64,000 nt of DNA, taken from positions 160,208,001 to 160,272,000 of the forward strand of contig OX597815.1 of assembly GCA_951406725.2 (NCBI GenBank). The letters run 5' to 3'. The notes beneath the pieces were generated by a model. The model saw only the letters and a list, made by a program, of their open reading frames with translations. It was not told the DNA's origin and did no database searches. The stretch comes from Octopus vulgaris (Eukaryota). This document shows, piece by piece, positions 24,812 through 38,009 of this stretch. Position 1 is the first letter of the stretch; each line of letters starts with the position of its first letter. A program made the translations under genes and the position numbers.

Positions 24812-25220
24812 AGGAGTGGCAAGCTTGCAGAATTGTTAGCATGCTGGGCAAAATACTTAGCAGTATTTCATCTTTTTTTACATTTTGAGTTCAAATTTTG
24901 CCAAGGTCAACTTTTCCTTTCATTCTTTCAGAGTTGATAAAATAAGTACCAGCTGAAAACTGGGGTTGATGCAATTGACTCATCCCCACCTCCCCCCACG
25001 CTGCCCTTGTGGAAAAAATTTGAAATACTAATTATTATTCAGGCAGAAAGCTGGCAGAATCAGTTAGCATGCCAGACAGAATGCCATGAAACATTTTGTC
25101 TGACTATTCATACCGAGTTCAAATTCTGCCATGGGTTGATAAAATAAGTGCTAGTCAATGGGGCCAATGTAATCGACTTGCCCCTCCCCTTAAACTTGCT
25201 GACCTTGTGCCAAAATTAAA
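24812..25220 (+). mobile_element. Two tandem degraded SINE B copies
   Basis: Heads at ~24815 and ~25042, each with GAGTTCAAATT. Confidence 0.7.
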
Positions 25221-25900
25221 AAAAGATTGTTAATTTCCTTAATCAAAGGGATGTTTGATAATATATCCACACAGCCATAGAGGTCTCCTTGCTCATAAAT
25301 GATTTAAAGATTTGTCATAATTTTGGAGTAAAAAATGCTGGGACATGGTGGATATAACCAAGATAACTTTATAAGAAATATATTTCGTGCAGTTTATAAT
25401 TTAAAATAACATGCCATCTTGTTTTTGGATTTATTCATTTACTAAGAGCTTGTCAAATAAGATTTTTTTTATTCTGAAGCTGACTTTGAATTGAAATACT
25501 ATACATATTCAACCCATGCCAGTGTGGAAAGCAAACATTAAACGATGATGATGTTGATGATTCACATATAAAATACAATATTTCATGTATATTCATATAT
25601 TTTAGAAATAGCATTTAACATTATAAATTTGAATGAATATCAGTCAAGTGTCTTAAATGTCTTTCAGGTTTTTTCAAGTGTTTTATCCTGGACTTGATTA
25701 TAATACTTTATGCATTGCAATCCATGAAAGGTTTCGTTAATATAGAGAGGAGAGAGGGAGAGGGTAGATACATAGAGAGCTAAAAAGACTGAATAGAGAG
25801 ACAGAGCAAAGTAAATTCACAGAGAGATTGGTAGATAGATAGTTCGATGCAGATATCTAGCTAGATAGATGGATATACATACATACACACATACACACAC

Positions 25901-25953
<53 letters not shown>

Positions 25954-26689
25954 TATAGCATTTTTGGATTTGTTTTACTGATGATATATATATATATATA
26001 TATATATAGATAGATAGATAGATTGACAGATATAAATGGATAAGTAGGCAGATACATGCTTATATACATACATTTATAAATAGATATTTTATGCAAATGC
26101 AAGTCAATATTGAAAAAATTAGAATTTAAAAGGATTTTATGTTGTAGGTCTAGATCTCAAGAACTCACACTAAAGGTTTTTAATAGGTTAAAAGAAAAAC
26201 AACCATAAAAGAATGCACAAAGGTTTATGAAAGAAAATCATATCTGAAGAATTTACTTTGGAGTTGGATCTAAGAATGGTTGGTACACTTCAAAACATTT
26301 CCCTACTTCACCAAAAAGTATAGAAAAAAATAATGATAATTCATATCTACAAGTAAAATAACCTAGTTTTGATGAGGAGGTTCAGTGAAATAAAATTCTT
26401 GGTTAGGTTTTGAAGAGATGCCATTTATTCATGAATTTTACTGTGAAAAGCTACATCTACTGTATGTTCCAGAAAGTTTAACTTAGAAATTTATAAAATT
26501 TTTTTTTTTAATTCAGAAATGTACCTAGAGTTATTTTCTAAAAATGGAAAGGAATCATTTCAACTGAGATTACTTGAAAATATAAGTTATGTATGCATGC
26601 ATGCATGTAGGTATGTGTACATGTATGTATGTATGTATATTGGTATGTATGCATGCATGCAAGTATGCTTATATGCATCGTTTATCTTT

Positions 26690-27260
26690 TTCTTGATTCA
26701 GTTATTAGACTGTGGCCATACTGGGGCACCACCTTGAATTTTAGTTGAATGAATTAACCCAGCATTTATTTAAATCTGGTTCTTATTCTATTAGTCTCTT
26801 TTGCTTAACCACTAAGTTACAGGGACCAACACAGGTTGTCAAGTGGTGGGGAGGACAAACACAGATACAAAGGCACACACATATGGCAAGCTTTCAGTTT
26901 CCATCTACCAAATTCACTCACAAGGTTTTGGTCAGCCAAAAGCTATAGTAGAAGAATCTTGCCCAAGATGCCATGCAGTGGGATTGAACCCGAACCTTCT
27001 TATTTCTTTATTGCCCACAAGGGGCTAAACATAGAGAGGACAAACAAGGACAGATAAAGGGATTAAGTCGATTACATTGACCCCAGTGCGTAACTGATAC
27101 TTAATTTATCGACCCTGAAAGGATGAAAAGCAAAGTTGACCTTGGCAGAATTTGAACTCAGAACATAAAGGCTGACGAAATACCGCTAAGCATTTCACCC
27201 GGCATGCTAACGTCTCTGCCAGTTCTCCGCCTTCTTACCACACAGTCACATTAGTGCCTA
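26690..27260 (-). mobile_element. SINE A containing a nested SINE B monomer (27003-27229)
   Basis: The A sequence is interrupted at 27000 and resumes at 27231; CCTTCTTA is duplicated at 26995-27002 and 27230-27237. Confidence 0.85.
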
Positions 27261-27991
27261 TATTTTGCTTTCACAAGAAAAATATTTTTGTCTGTTATAT
27301 TGAAGCCAAACAGTAGTTAAGATACACTCAGAAGCAATGGAATCTGTTCTGGTAATGTCACAATGACTTCAATTGATATTATATACTCAAATTATTCATT
27401 TAATGAAAACACAATAATTAAATTTTAAGCAGATCATTTGCGAGAAAATTCCCTATGTTTCCTTACGATCACCATTCTTATCTTAAGGAAAATAAGATCA
27501 AGTATATTTGACTGTTTATTTAATTTAAATAAAACTTGGTTATATGAAGAAATTCTGCCAGCCTTTTTCATTAGTATTTCTCAAAAATTTTAGAAAAATT
27601 TCATGAAATACTTTTATTGTTACATTAGTTAAGAAAAATTTTTTAATTAAAAAATATTATATTGAATGATATTTAAAAAAAGTAAATTAGCACAAATTTG
27701 ATGGAAGAGTCTCACTTCTATTAGATATGTGTTAATATTCTTAATTGTAAAATTCGCACAGAAGGGGCAGTCATGGAGTATGATTTAAGGGCAACAGTTG
27801 AATGATACAAACAACAGAATGGGGACTGAGAGAAGGGATTGAATCTTGAAATGGTGTAATGATCATTACCATCACCTGACTTTGTTGCTTGGGTAGACAA
27901 GATGTGCTAGCAATAGACAGATGTCCATGAAGACAGTCCAAGAAAGGGTTCTTGCACTAGTTAGCAGTGATATTAGATTAGAATTTTAACT

Positions 27992-28333
27992 TTGAAGGTA
28001 CATGGCTCAGTGGTTAGTGACAGATTCACAATCACAAGGTAGCAGGTTTGATTTCTGGACTGGGCTGTGTGTTGTGTTCTTGAGCAAGACACTTTATTTC
28101 ATGTTGCTCCAGTTCACTAAGCTGTAGAAATGAGTTGCAACATCACTGGTGCCAAATTGTATTGCCCTTTGCCTTTCCCTTGGATAACATTGGTAGCATG
28201 GAGAGAGGAGGCTGGTATGCATGGGTGACTGCTGGTCTTCCATAAACAACCTTGCCTGGACTTGTGCCTCGGAGGGTATCTTTACAGGAGCAATCCCATG
28301 GTCATTTATGACAGAAGTGGGTCTTTACCCTCA
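27992..28333 (+). mobile_element. SINE family C, without R4 tail
   Basis: TGGCTCAGTGGTTAG head; body homologous to 49200-49534; ends GTCTTTACCCTCA then (TG)n. Confidence 0.8.
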
Positions 28334-28957
28334 GTGTGTGTGTGTGTGTGCGTGCGTGCATGCATATTTATGTGTCTATCAAATGCACACACAAGGCTTT
28401 TGCTTGTACAAGCCTTTATATTTTAAACAAAAATTTTCAGGAGTGTCTGTGTGGTAAGTAGTTTGCTTACCAACCACGTGGTTCTGGGTTCAGTCTTTAC
28501 CTTTCATATTGTCTTCCAGCCTACATCAACTTCTTGACAGATTATCTTATTTATTTTTTGTTTTAGTCTCACTTTGATTCTACTATGACATACAAATATT
28601 TATATTATTCACATAATCAATCCTGCTTTTTGCTGAACATTCTGTTTTTCTTTAACTCTTGAAATATCATGCTTAACATTCCTGATTCAGTGATACTAAA
28701 CCAAAGTTTGTGTTGGCATCAGTGCTATTGATTCTACATTACACTGTTTAATAATATTTTTCTCTTTTTTTCTTGTCTTTGATCACCAAGTGTTATTTAT
28801 TATTTGCCTCTAATTAGAAATCATATTGAAATGACTACTATTCCTTCCAAATTTTGCTTTTGTGACTTAGCCACCAATGTTTTGAAAATGACCTATTTTC
28901 CATTACATTTCAGATAGATTCAGCTCTGAGTTGCTGAAGCAGAAATATCATTATGGC

Positions 28958-29110
28958 AAATATTCTGCTCAATACCACAGATTTGCTTGTCTCTTGCTTG
29001 ACTTTAACCACTTGAGCATGTCCCTTAGTGGCTGACAATATGTGCATCTCTGATCATGAGCAAGGAGTAGTGGGGAAGGCATCATAGCCATGTGTTGGAA
29101 GGGGTTCTTT
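28958..29110 (+). mobile_element. Family E internal fragment
   Basis: Reverse complement of ~4125-4275. Confidence 0.75.
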
Positions 29111-29329
29111 GAAGGAATGTAACAAAAGCAAAGTTTGAAGAAAATATTAGCCATTTTTCATACTTTCTAGGGGTAAGCAGATAGGAAGGAACAGTTGCTG
29201 CCCAAGAACAAAAATCATGTTACACAGTGTTATCCTTTCAGACAATCCACATTAGTTGAAATGCCTAAACATGTGTCATACTGTTTGAATTAAGTAGCTC
29301 CTGTATTTAACAACAGATATCCTCCTCCT

Positions 29330-29732
29330 CCTCTTCATCATCATTTAACGTCCATTTTCCATGGGTATGGGTTGGACAGTTTGACATAAGCTGTCCAGAC
29401 TCCCGTTGTAAGTTGTAGCATGGTTTCTATGGCTGGATGCCCTTTCTAATGTCAACCACTTTACAGAGTGTGCTGGGTGCTTTTTATGTGCCGCTGGCAT
29501 GGGTGCTATTATGCAGCACCAACACTAGTGCATTTATATGGTGCTGGACCCTGTAAAAGATAAGCTTGTATGTATAAAAGACAACAATTCTTCTTAGCTT
29601 GATGCATCTTCTCAAGTACAGCAGATCGCCACAACTCCCAGTCCCTTGTCATTTCCTCAGTGAGATCCAGTATCCAAAGATCCTTTCTCAACACTTCATC
29701 CCACATCTTCTTGGTCTGCCCCTTCTACAGAT
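29330..29732 (-). mobile_element. RTE-D 3' end
   Basis: RGRPR..WDEVLRKDLWILDLTEEMTRDWELWRSAVLEK plus UTR and GGACGTTAAATGATGATG tail. Confidence 0.75.
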
Positions 29733-32201
29733 TTCCTCCAGAAAAAACAAAATGAAATAAAATCTATCGTCAACATTTTTGGATTGCTGCTTAAGAAAAT
29801 TTAAATCCCATTGACTATAAACTGAGATGATAAATGCAGTCCTTTTTCTGGATAAATGAGTAGAGAATCTTAGGAAAATTTGCTGGAATATATTATCACT
29901 TTTTTGCAGTGGTTGACTTTTTTCTATCACTTAGCCAGAAGGGTAAGGCAACGCTTGTGACTCTTTAAATCAGTCTCTGAGACCAATGGGAAGAGGGGTG
30001 GGGGGAAGGCTATCCTCAAATCAGAGACCTTGCTCAAATGATTTAAACAGAGTGGGCACCATTAAAGGCAATCAAGGATCAGGCCATTGAGTTAAACCAA
30101 GAAATAATTTAAGTCCACCACCCAAGTAAATAGCAAAATTTGAGCTCAAACATAGCTATATGTAGTGGACAGCAATCCATGACATATATATATATTTATA
30201 TCAGAATTGGGCTCTTAGACCCATGAAGACTTTAGGGAACTGTCTACTGTACCATGCCTTAAGATAGCACAGGATCAGAACACAGGAAACCAGAGCAAAA
30301 TCAGTAAAGCATTCTGCTCAATATTCTAACAGTTCCATTAATCAGCTACACTAAGCTGGTACTTTATTTATCAACCCCTAGAAGAAGGAAACTCAAATTT
30401 GACCTCTGCAAGATTTGAGCTTCGTATGTAATAAACTAAATAAAAACATTGAAAAACATTTTTTCTGATGCTAGGACATGAGTTGCTATTTTGAAAAATT
30501 CAGGGAATATCCACTTTACTTTGACTATTATTTTCAGAAAATAATTTGTAGAGTTTAAAACAGAGTTTGGACATGAAACACTGAACTATCCAATCTAGCT
30601 TCCACTACTTCAGCCATTGTTTTCCTCATTCATACGATGCCAAATTAATTCTAAAACTTAACATCCATTGTTTGACAGTCAGCTATATTCAAACATTGTA
30701 ATAATATCGTTATTTCCCACATTCATTATGCTTATGATATGGAAAAGCTCTAGGGGCTAAGAGATTAGAAGAAAAAGAAAATGATATTTGATAATTTCCT
30801 AATATATGAATAAAGATTCATTCTTATTGTATATAGTTCAGTACTAAACTATAGCATGAGGAACAGGCCTTGTATCATTTCATAATTGCATAATGATATA
30901 TTATCTTATGAGGCGATGAGAGAAAGGGAGTGAGAGACAGAGGAGGATAGAGAGCAAGAAAGAGAGAGAGGGGAGAATAAAAAGAGGGAAGGAGAGAGAG
31001 GAGGAGGATCTAATAAATGTTAAAAAAAGACATACATTTTGATAATACAATAATGTGAATGAACAATTAATCCATTAGGAAAATTTTATAAAAATATATC
31101 TAGTCTTATTTTATGTTGGACAAACCTAAAGATAAAAATGTTTAGTTTTTTGCTGAAGCAACTATGAAGTAAAGTATATTGTCTTTTCATTTATTTTGTA
31201 GTGGATTCATTTATTTTTAGTAAAAATTTCACTTATGCAAACGAAACTTACAAAACATATTAAAGCTGATTTAATTAGGCAGTATTTTAGAATGGTAATG
31301 TCTATGACGACGAAAAACAAAAAGCTTCAAAAATGATAAAAATTCAAACAAAAACCAATGAAACAATCTATTTCCTAACTTTACGAGAAATTATTAATTG
31401 AAAGTAAAAATGAATGTCATTAAATGATTTGTTAATGTTTTTATTTTCTCTGGCTTTGATGTCTAATAAAATTACGGAATTTTTCAAAATTCCAAAATGT
31501 TTTCATAAACAACGAGAGATAGAACTGTGTAAATTTCATAGAGCTTATGATAAATTCAAGGAACATTTTGAGGATCAAGGCCAATACAAATATAATTTGA
31601 AGTATATATAACAATCATATGTGTGCTTATGTGTGTAAATATATACATGTATATATATATATATACACATAATGTATATGCATGTGCACAAATATATATA
31701 TGTGTGTGTGTGTGTGTATAGATTCTGTAAATAATGGTAATTATAAGCTTTAAGCTTATAAGTGTTCACTGTGCATTGGCTAAAGTAAACGGTCTAATAT
31801 CAGGGCATATAAGCCCTCAATGGGGAAAAGTGGGTATTAGTGCACATAGGAATCAAATTCATGCCTTTTATATTTGCAGTAAGTGTTCTGACTGATTACA
31901 CCAACTTACCAATTTTTTCCCTGTTAGATTTAATAACTATAATTTCATGGTGTTGTGTAAGCAAACAAACGTGTGTATTCTGCACTAGGTAAAGAAACAT
32001 TGATGAATGAAAATTCTGTAAATAATAATTATAATCTTTAAACTTATAAGCACACACCATGTATTTTTTCTTTTTTTCCCACTGAGGCTTACATTCCCCA
32101 ATATTTGACTATTTTCTTTAGCCATATAAATATAATTTGAAGTATATATAATAATCGTATGTGTGCTTATATGTGTGAATACACACATGCACATACATAC
32201 A

Positions 32202-32233
<32 letters not shown>

Positions 32234-32351
32234 ATTTCTTTTCAGAATAAGATAAAAATCCAAGGCTGTGAAGATTTTATATATATATATATATCATTTG
32301 TAAGAAACATAAATCCGAAAGAAGAAGCACACTCTTAGATGTAGAGTAGTG

Positions 32352-32541
32352 TATATTAAAAATGGGGAAGGCCAGTTTATGGCATTACCTTAGGTTTCCC
32401 ATCCATAAAGGTTTTGGTTTTATGGTGTATTGTCAGATCCCAAAAACCTTTTGGCCATGACAATATGCCATATAGCTAAACCCTTTATGGACAGGAAACC
32501 TAAGGTAATCCGATAAACCAGCCTTGCCCATTTTTAATATA
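32352..32541. mobile_element. Fold-back MITE-like palindrome (~84-bp arms, 22-nt spacer)
   Basis: 32352-32435 is an imperfect reverse complement of 32458-32541; TA-rich ends. Confidence 0.8.
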
Positions 32542-32554
32542 TGTGTGCATGTAG

Positions 32555-32785
32555 TCTGGGCAAAATAGTCTATAGAAGACCAGCAGTCACCCATGCATAT
32601 CAGCCTCCTCTCTTTACACCACCTTGTTATCCAAGGGAGAGGCAAATATTGATACAGATTGGCATCAGTAAAGTCGCAACTCATTTCTACAGCTGAGTGA
32701 ACTGGAGCAAAATGAAATAAAGTGTCTTGCTCAAGAATACAACACAGAGCCCAGTTAGGGAATTGAACCCACTACCTCATGATTA
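32555..32785 (-). mobile_element. SINE C fragment
   Basis: Homologous to 28030-28260. Confidence 0.7.
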
Positions 32786-32803
32786 GGCTATATCTCAATG
32801 AAC

Positions 32804-33037
32804 TAGGTGGTGAGCTAGCAGAAACGTTAGCATGGCGGGCGAAATGCATAGCCGTATTTCGTCTGCCGTTACGTTCTGGGTTCAAATTCCACCGAGGTCG
32901 ACTTTGCCTTTCATCCTTTCGGGGGTCGATAAATTAAGTACCATTTATGCACTGGGGTCGATGTAATCGACTTAACCTGTTTGTCTGTCCTTGTTTGTCC
33001 TCTCTGTGTTTACCCCCTTGTGGATAGTAAAGAAATA
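32804..33037 (+). mobile_element. SINE B monomer with 15-bp TSD
   Basis: TATATCTCAATGAAC at 32789-32803 and 33038-33052. Confidence 0.9.
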
Positions 33038-33733
33038 TATATCTCAATGAACCAACACACAGCAGATTTCTTATGTTTACTTAAAGCTTTAGGCAAATTA
33101 TTTAAATCTCAACATCCAATTGTTACTCACATGTATTCACTAGATTCAGAAAACAATTCTAGGAAACAAAAGAGTCTATTTTTTTTTCATTATACAACTA
33201 CATATTCACCTGGCTTGAAATATTCTAATTATGTCTGTACTTTTATGCTGATAAAGCTGTTTCTGTTCAAGTGTTAGTTTATAATTTTTAATTGTAAATA
33301 TTTTCTTCATGTTTTGTTTTATCTTTTTAGAAGACAAGTTTAGAAAAATTCTTAGTAGACTCAATATCCGTAAAGAGTTAAAGTTTGAATTTATATATGT
33401 CTCTCAAAATTAGTTTAGCTGCCAGAGGCTGATAATGTAACAAGCAAAGTTAAACAATCAATGTCTGAAGTATTGTAGAACAAAAGCATTCAATAATAGG
33501 GACAATTTACAGTGGTTTTGATTAGTTATAAACATACACCCCACACACATGCACACACACATACCGACCTCATTATACCATTACCATTTACTAAATTTTA
33601 CATTGAACTTAAAGAATTAAATTAACATTTTATAATGGATTTGTAAATATTTAGATTTTATATTTACTAATTAACAATTAGAGTTTTGGTCTTGATTAGG
33701 CTTGGCCTAAGAAAACAACCATAGTATAGATAG

Positions 33734-33764
<31 letters not shown>

Positions 33765-33783
33765 TGTATGTATGTATGTATGT

Positions 33784-33827
<44 letters not shown>

Positions 33828-33831
<4 letters not shown>

Positions 33832-35110
33832 CATTATTCAGTTTTATTTCACGATTTCTTGCCAATAGAGAAAGAGCCAGTTTCTAACCTAGATCATTGG
33901 AAATTCAATATCAATAAGGTATGTATGTATGTATGTATGTATGTATGTATGTATGTATCTGTGCAGTTTTGTGTGTTTTGTTTTATGTATGTATTCTCAT
34001 GCATATAATTGCATATCTAGACATGTTCATATATACTTAAATGATAAACTTTTGGAAAGTTTTACAGATTTGTACAGTTCTAGTGTTGGCTTGGATTTGC
34101 AATCTTTAAATCAGCTTTCTCCTTGCTGGTTTTGAGAAGCCTAATTTCCCAAGATTGGTATTTAGGCAGTGGGTTACATATCCCAGGGCCCCAATAATTA
34201 CACGTATAAACCTGAACTTGTAATCTAGATAGAGTAATTGCAGATTTCTCAATAGTTCAGTATAGGTGTTCTCTTTTTCACTGATATTCAGCTTTGTTAA
34301 CATCCACTGGGCAGCTGATTTTCATAACTGTATACAGGTTCTCTTCTCTATTCCAAATCATTATATCAGGTCTATTGTGTTTACATTTTATTGAGGTTTT
34401 CTCTGGGACATTCTACCAGTATTCCTTTTTATTATGAGTGACTGTGACTTCTACCATACAATGGATTTTTATTTCCTTGTCCTTGGGGTTATCCTTCCAA
34501 CAGATCTCATTATACAATGTCCTAGCCACACATCATGTCTCATCAGTAAATAATATTATGATGATATTTTTGGACAACTGCTTATGACACAGGTGATATC
34601 TTTGGTGTTAACTCCACAAAGTCTTCATCAATTATCTCATTTTACTGCTTTTCCTGCATCTCTGTCCATTTTGTGCATCAGGTAATTGGTTGGTATTTCC
34701 TGTTGTTGGATTGCAAATGCATACCCTTCAAAGTGGGAGGTAGTAATCCAGTTGTTGGTCCTTGAAAGATTGTTTTGATGATCAATGTTACTATCATCCT
34801 GGAGCTTTCTACTAACTTATCCATGCATGCTTTTCTGCTGATATATGCTCATCCTTTCATCTGATGATATGTTGCAGTAGAATCATGCAACTTCTTTGGG
34901 CATATATTTAAGGTTATCAAACAAAGAATGCTGCTCAAGGAGCTGCGTTCCAAGTCTCATGATGTTATCAGCCTCATATATGCAAATTCAGTCAAGGTTA
35001 AAAGATGTTGTTGAAGAGCACCAACAACACAAGCACCAACAATCTGATCTCTTTGAAAGTCCGATAGATCTGTCATTTTAATGAATTTTAATTACCTTTT
35101 TCTGATGGTA
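33828..35110 (-). mobile_element. R4-c LINE, 5'-truncated and degraded, 3' end in (TATG)n/(TG)n
   Basis: TTSHFEGYAFAIQQQEIPTNYL, KHNRPDIMIW, KENTYTELLRNLQLLY..VIIGALGY; UTR matches 20810-20905. Confidence 0.85.
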
Positions 35111-35723
35111 TCTGAAAAGAAACAGCAATGTTAGCAAAACCTATTAAGCAACACTAACAGTAAATCAAAAAAAAAAAAAAAATAAAACCTATTAAGCAAC
35201 ACTAATAATAAGTCAAAAAACATAAAAATAAACAAGCTTGTGACAGTTTTATAGATATTTCAAAATTATGATGCTATGATGCTAGGTGTTTCCATTATTT
35301 TGTCCAACACCAGTATATTAAAGGAATGTATCTCAATACCAAAGTGAATATGCTTTACACATATTTTAATCAACTAAGATAGCTAAACTAAATCTTTACT
35401 CTCACACAAAAAGAAAACAACAAAAACAAACAAACAAACAAACAAAACCAACCATGCAATTATTCTCTTGTGAGAAACTTAACCTTCAATGAATGGAATC
35501 AGCTTGCTTGTTGTTATGAATTGAAGATGGCAGCAACATTTTTATTTCTTGTTTTAACTGTTCTTATAGCATTTAAATTCAAATTACTATGTAATGTTTC
35601 TAACAGAAATCTCATATAATGGTATATGCTTCTTCACTACACAGCTTCTTCCTTCTTTCAATAACTCAATAACTTAGTGTGTTTATTCACTTAAAAACAA
35701 AAATGAGAATTAAATTTTATGAA

Positions 35724-36900
35724 TGAGGTCTGTTCAAAAAGAGAGCAAACTTATAAAAAAAAAACAAAACAAAAACAAAAACATTGCTTTATTTACAATT
35801 TAATCAGATGTCTTCTTCAGAATAGTTCCATCCATTGTTGATACAACATTCTTATCATCGTTTCCATTTATGGAACATGTCTTGAAAGACATATTCAAAG
35901 ATAAAACATAGTTGTTTCATTTGTTTCCAGGTTTCATCACTCCTGAGGGAGAAACTCCTTCCATTGTTGTCTGTTTCTAGCTAGTCATGACCAGGTAGTG
36001 GGTGTAATTATCTTGCCATTTTGCCTTTGGTTAGCCTTTTGATCTTGTCCACTGCCATAGTGTCGATTCCATCACCCTGATTGTCCATCTGTTGTCCTTC
36101 AGTGATGTGACATGACCAACCCATTTATATTTGTTCTCCTTATTGAAGCATATTTTCTTTGATCTCTTCTTTCATCTGTAATCAGTAACTTTTCAATATA
36201 GGTTTTAACTTTGAGAACTAATAAAGTCTGCCTGCAGGAACCAAATATTTGCTGAGTGGAATGTCTGGAGATATAAGAGTCATGCTGTGCTTTACTAAAA
36301 AGTCACAGATAAGGAATGACCAACGAGCAAGTGCTTTATGGTAGAGCATCAAGGTTTTGTTTTCCTATACCTCAAGCCACTTCCTTCACATTGCCTATCA
36401 CAAATGCCTCAGAACATTGAAGCCATACACCAACATTTCATCACACTGTTATAACATTCATAGATACAAACAACACCTGACCTACTGGGTGTCAGTTCTG
36501 TTTTCATTTTATTCATCTGCCAATAGATGAAGCACAAACTTTGTGAGAACATGATGCATCTCCAATTATTTTTCCAAGAATCGTGTACCAAAAACTTTTA
36601 TAGATGATTACTTCTTTAGAATTTTCACAGACAGTCAAGCAACAATTTTCATGGATCACAGCACACACATTCTCAATGGAATCACAATCTATTGTCATGG
36701 AAGGTTGACTAGATACATGATCATATTCAACAAATGTTCTTCCTGAATGAAAACACTGTTACATCTCGAGACATTGCACATTGCAATCTTCCCTTAGGCT
36801 TCTTGTTACCTTAGAAAAATCTCTGAAAAAATTCTTTTCACAATATGAACCAATTTCATTCATACACCCATAGCACTTCTAAATGTTTCATCATGCAGCT
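35724..36900 (-). mobile_element. Degraded mariner (irritans-like) with a nested RTE 3' fragment (~35930-36190)
   Basis: TIR-like TGAGGTCTGTTCAAAAAG; IENVCAVIHENCCLTVCENSKEV resembles the second mariner HTH; nested KYKWVGHVTSLKDNRWT..KG*PKAKW is an RTE C-terminus. Confidence 0.6.
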
Positions 36901-36950
36901 TGGAAGAAATCACCAAGTACACTAGATATATATTTACACAAGTACATGTA

Positions 36951-38000
36951 CAGGGGTTGGGCAAAATAATAGAATCACCTGGTTAAATGGAAGTTTATTA
37001 TTTAATATGTATTTAGTCCAATCAGAGATTTAATATGTTAAGGAATTGACCTTTATAGATACAAATAGCTTTTATGGCATTTTGTGCCATTCTTTCAGGA
37101 AAACCTATTATAACTCTTTCAGTAATGACGGTGGAGAGAAGTGGCTTCTCACTTGCTGCTCCAAAATACACCGTTAACATTCATTTATATTGAGATGTAA
37201 TGATTGTAGGAGATAACACAAGTGGTCTTCTTCACTTTTGTGCTCTTCTTATCAATTCTGAATAATATTAGTCATGTGAATAAGTGCATTATTGTCCTGG
37301 AAGAGTGCACTATCATCCAGGAACAATGCTTGTAACATAGGAAGAACATGATCAGCCAAAATACTCAGATAATCCTTGGCATTAACTCTGTCATGTAGAA
37401 CAGCTGAAGGGTTAAGAGAATTTCATGATGTGGCTACCCAAATTATAACAGAGCCATCTGAGTACTTCAATGTAGGGGCCAAACAGGGTTGAAGGTTTCT
37501 TTAAGCTATCTCCAGGCATAAACTCTCCTTGAAGTGGAAAAAGGATGAATAATAATTCATCAGAGTAGATGATATTGAACCATTGACTTCTTATGATAAG
37601 TCAAGATACCATTTTACTGCTTATCAATGTTGTTGGAGGAAAGGAGGGCTTTATCAATTGCAACTCCCTACTCCCATTGTATCCAGATTTATGGAGATCT
37701 TCAGGAATGTTTTTTGTTGACACAGAGTCAGCAAGGTGGTGGTTTAGTCCTGCTGTCATTTTTGATGCCAAAGTTTGAAGGTTTTTAGACACAATACATT
37801 CAACTATTCTTGCAGTACTCCCTTTGAACTTCACTTTCTGTCCAGAATACGCTTGTCAGAGCTAGTTTTACCTTGGTTTTGTAATTCCAGTTTGATTTTA
37901 GAGACTCTATCTCTTGAAACATTAAACAATTCAGCAGTTTTAGTAACTGAAGTTCCATCTATCCATTTTGTAACAATTTGTTCTCTCTGGAAACGAGATA
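36951..38000 (-). mobile_element. Tc1-like (DD34E) transposon relic with one TIR
   Basis: TA|CAGGGGTTGGGCAAAATAATAGAATCACC terminus; ISRFQREQIV..GTSVTKTAELFNVSR..GKTSS, VSTKNIPEDLHKSGYNG, LFQDNNALIH. Confidence 0.8.
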
Positions 38001-38009
38001 TATTATGCA

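Noticed and set aside
35136-35222. Tandem ~40-bp duplication AAAACCTATTAAGCAACACTAA
   Set aside because: Simple local slippage next to A-tracts; no functional signal.
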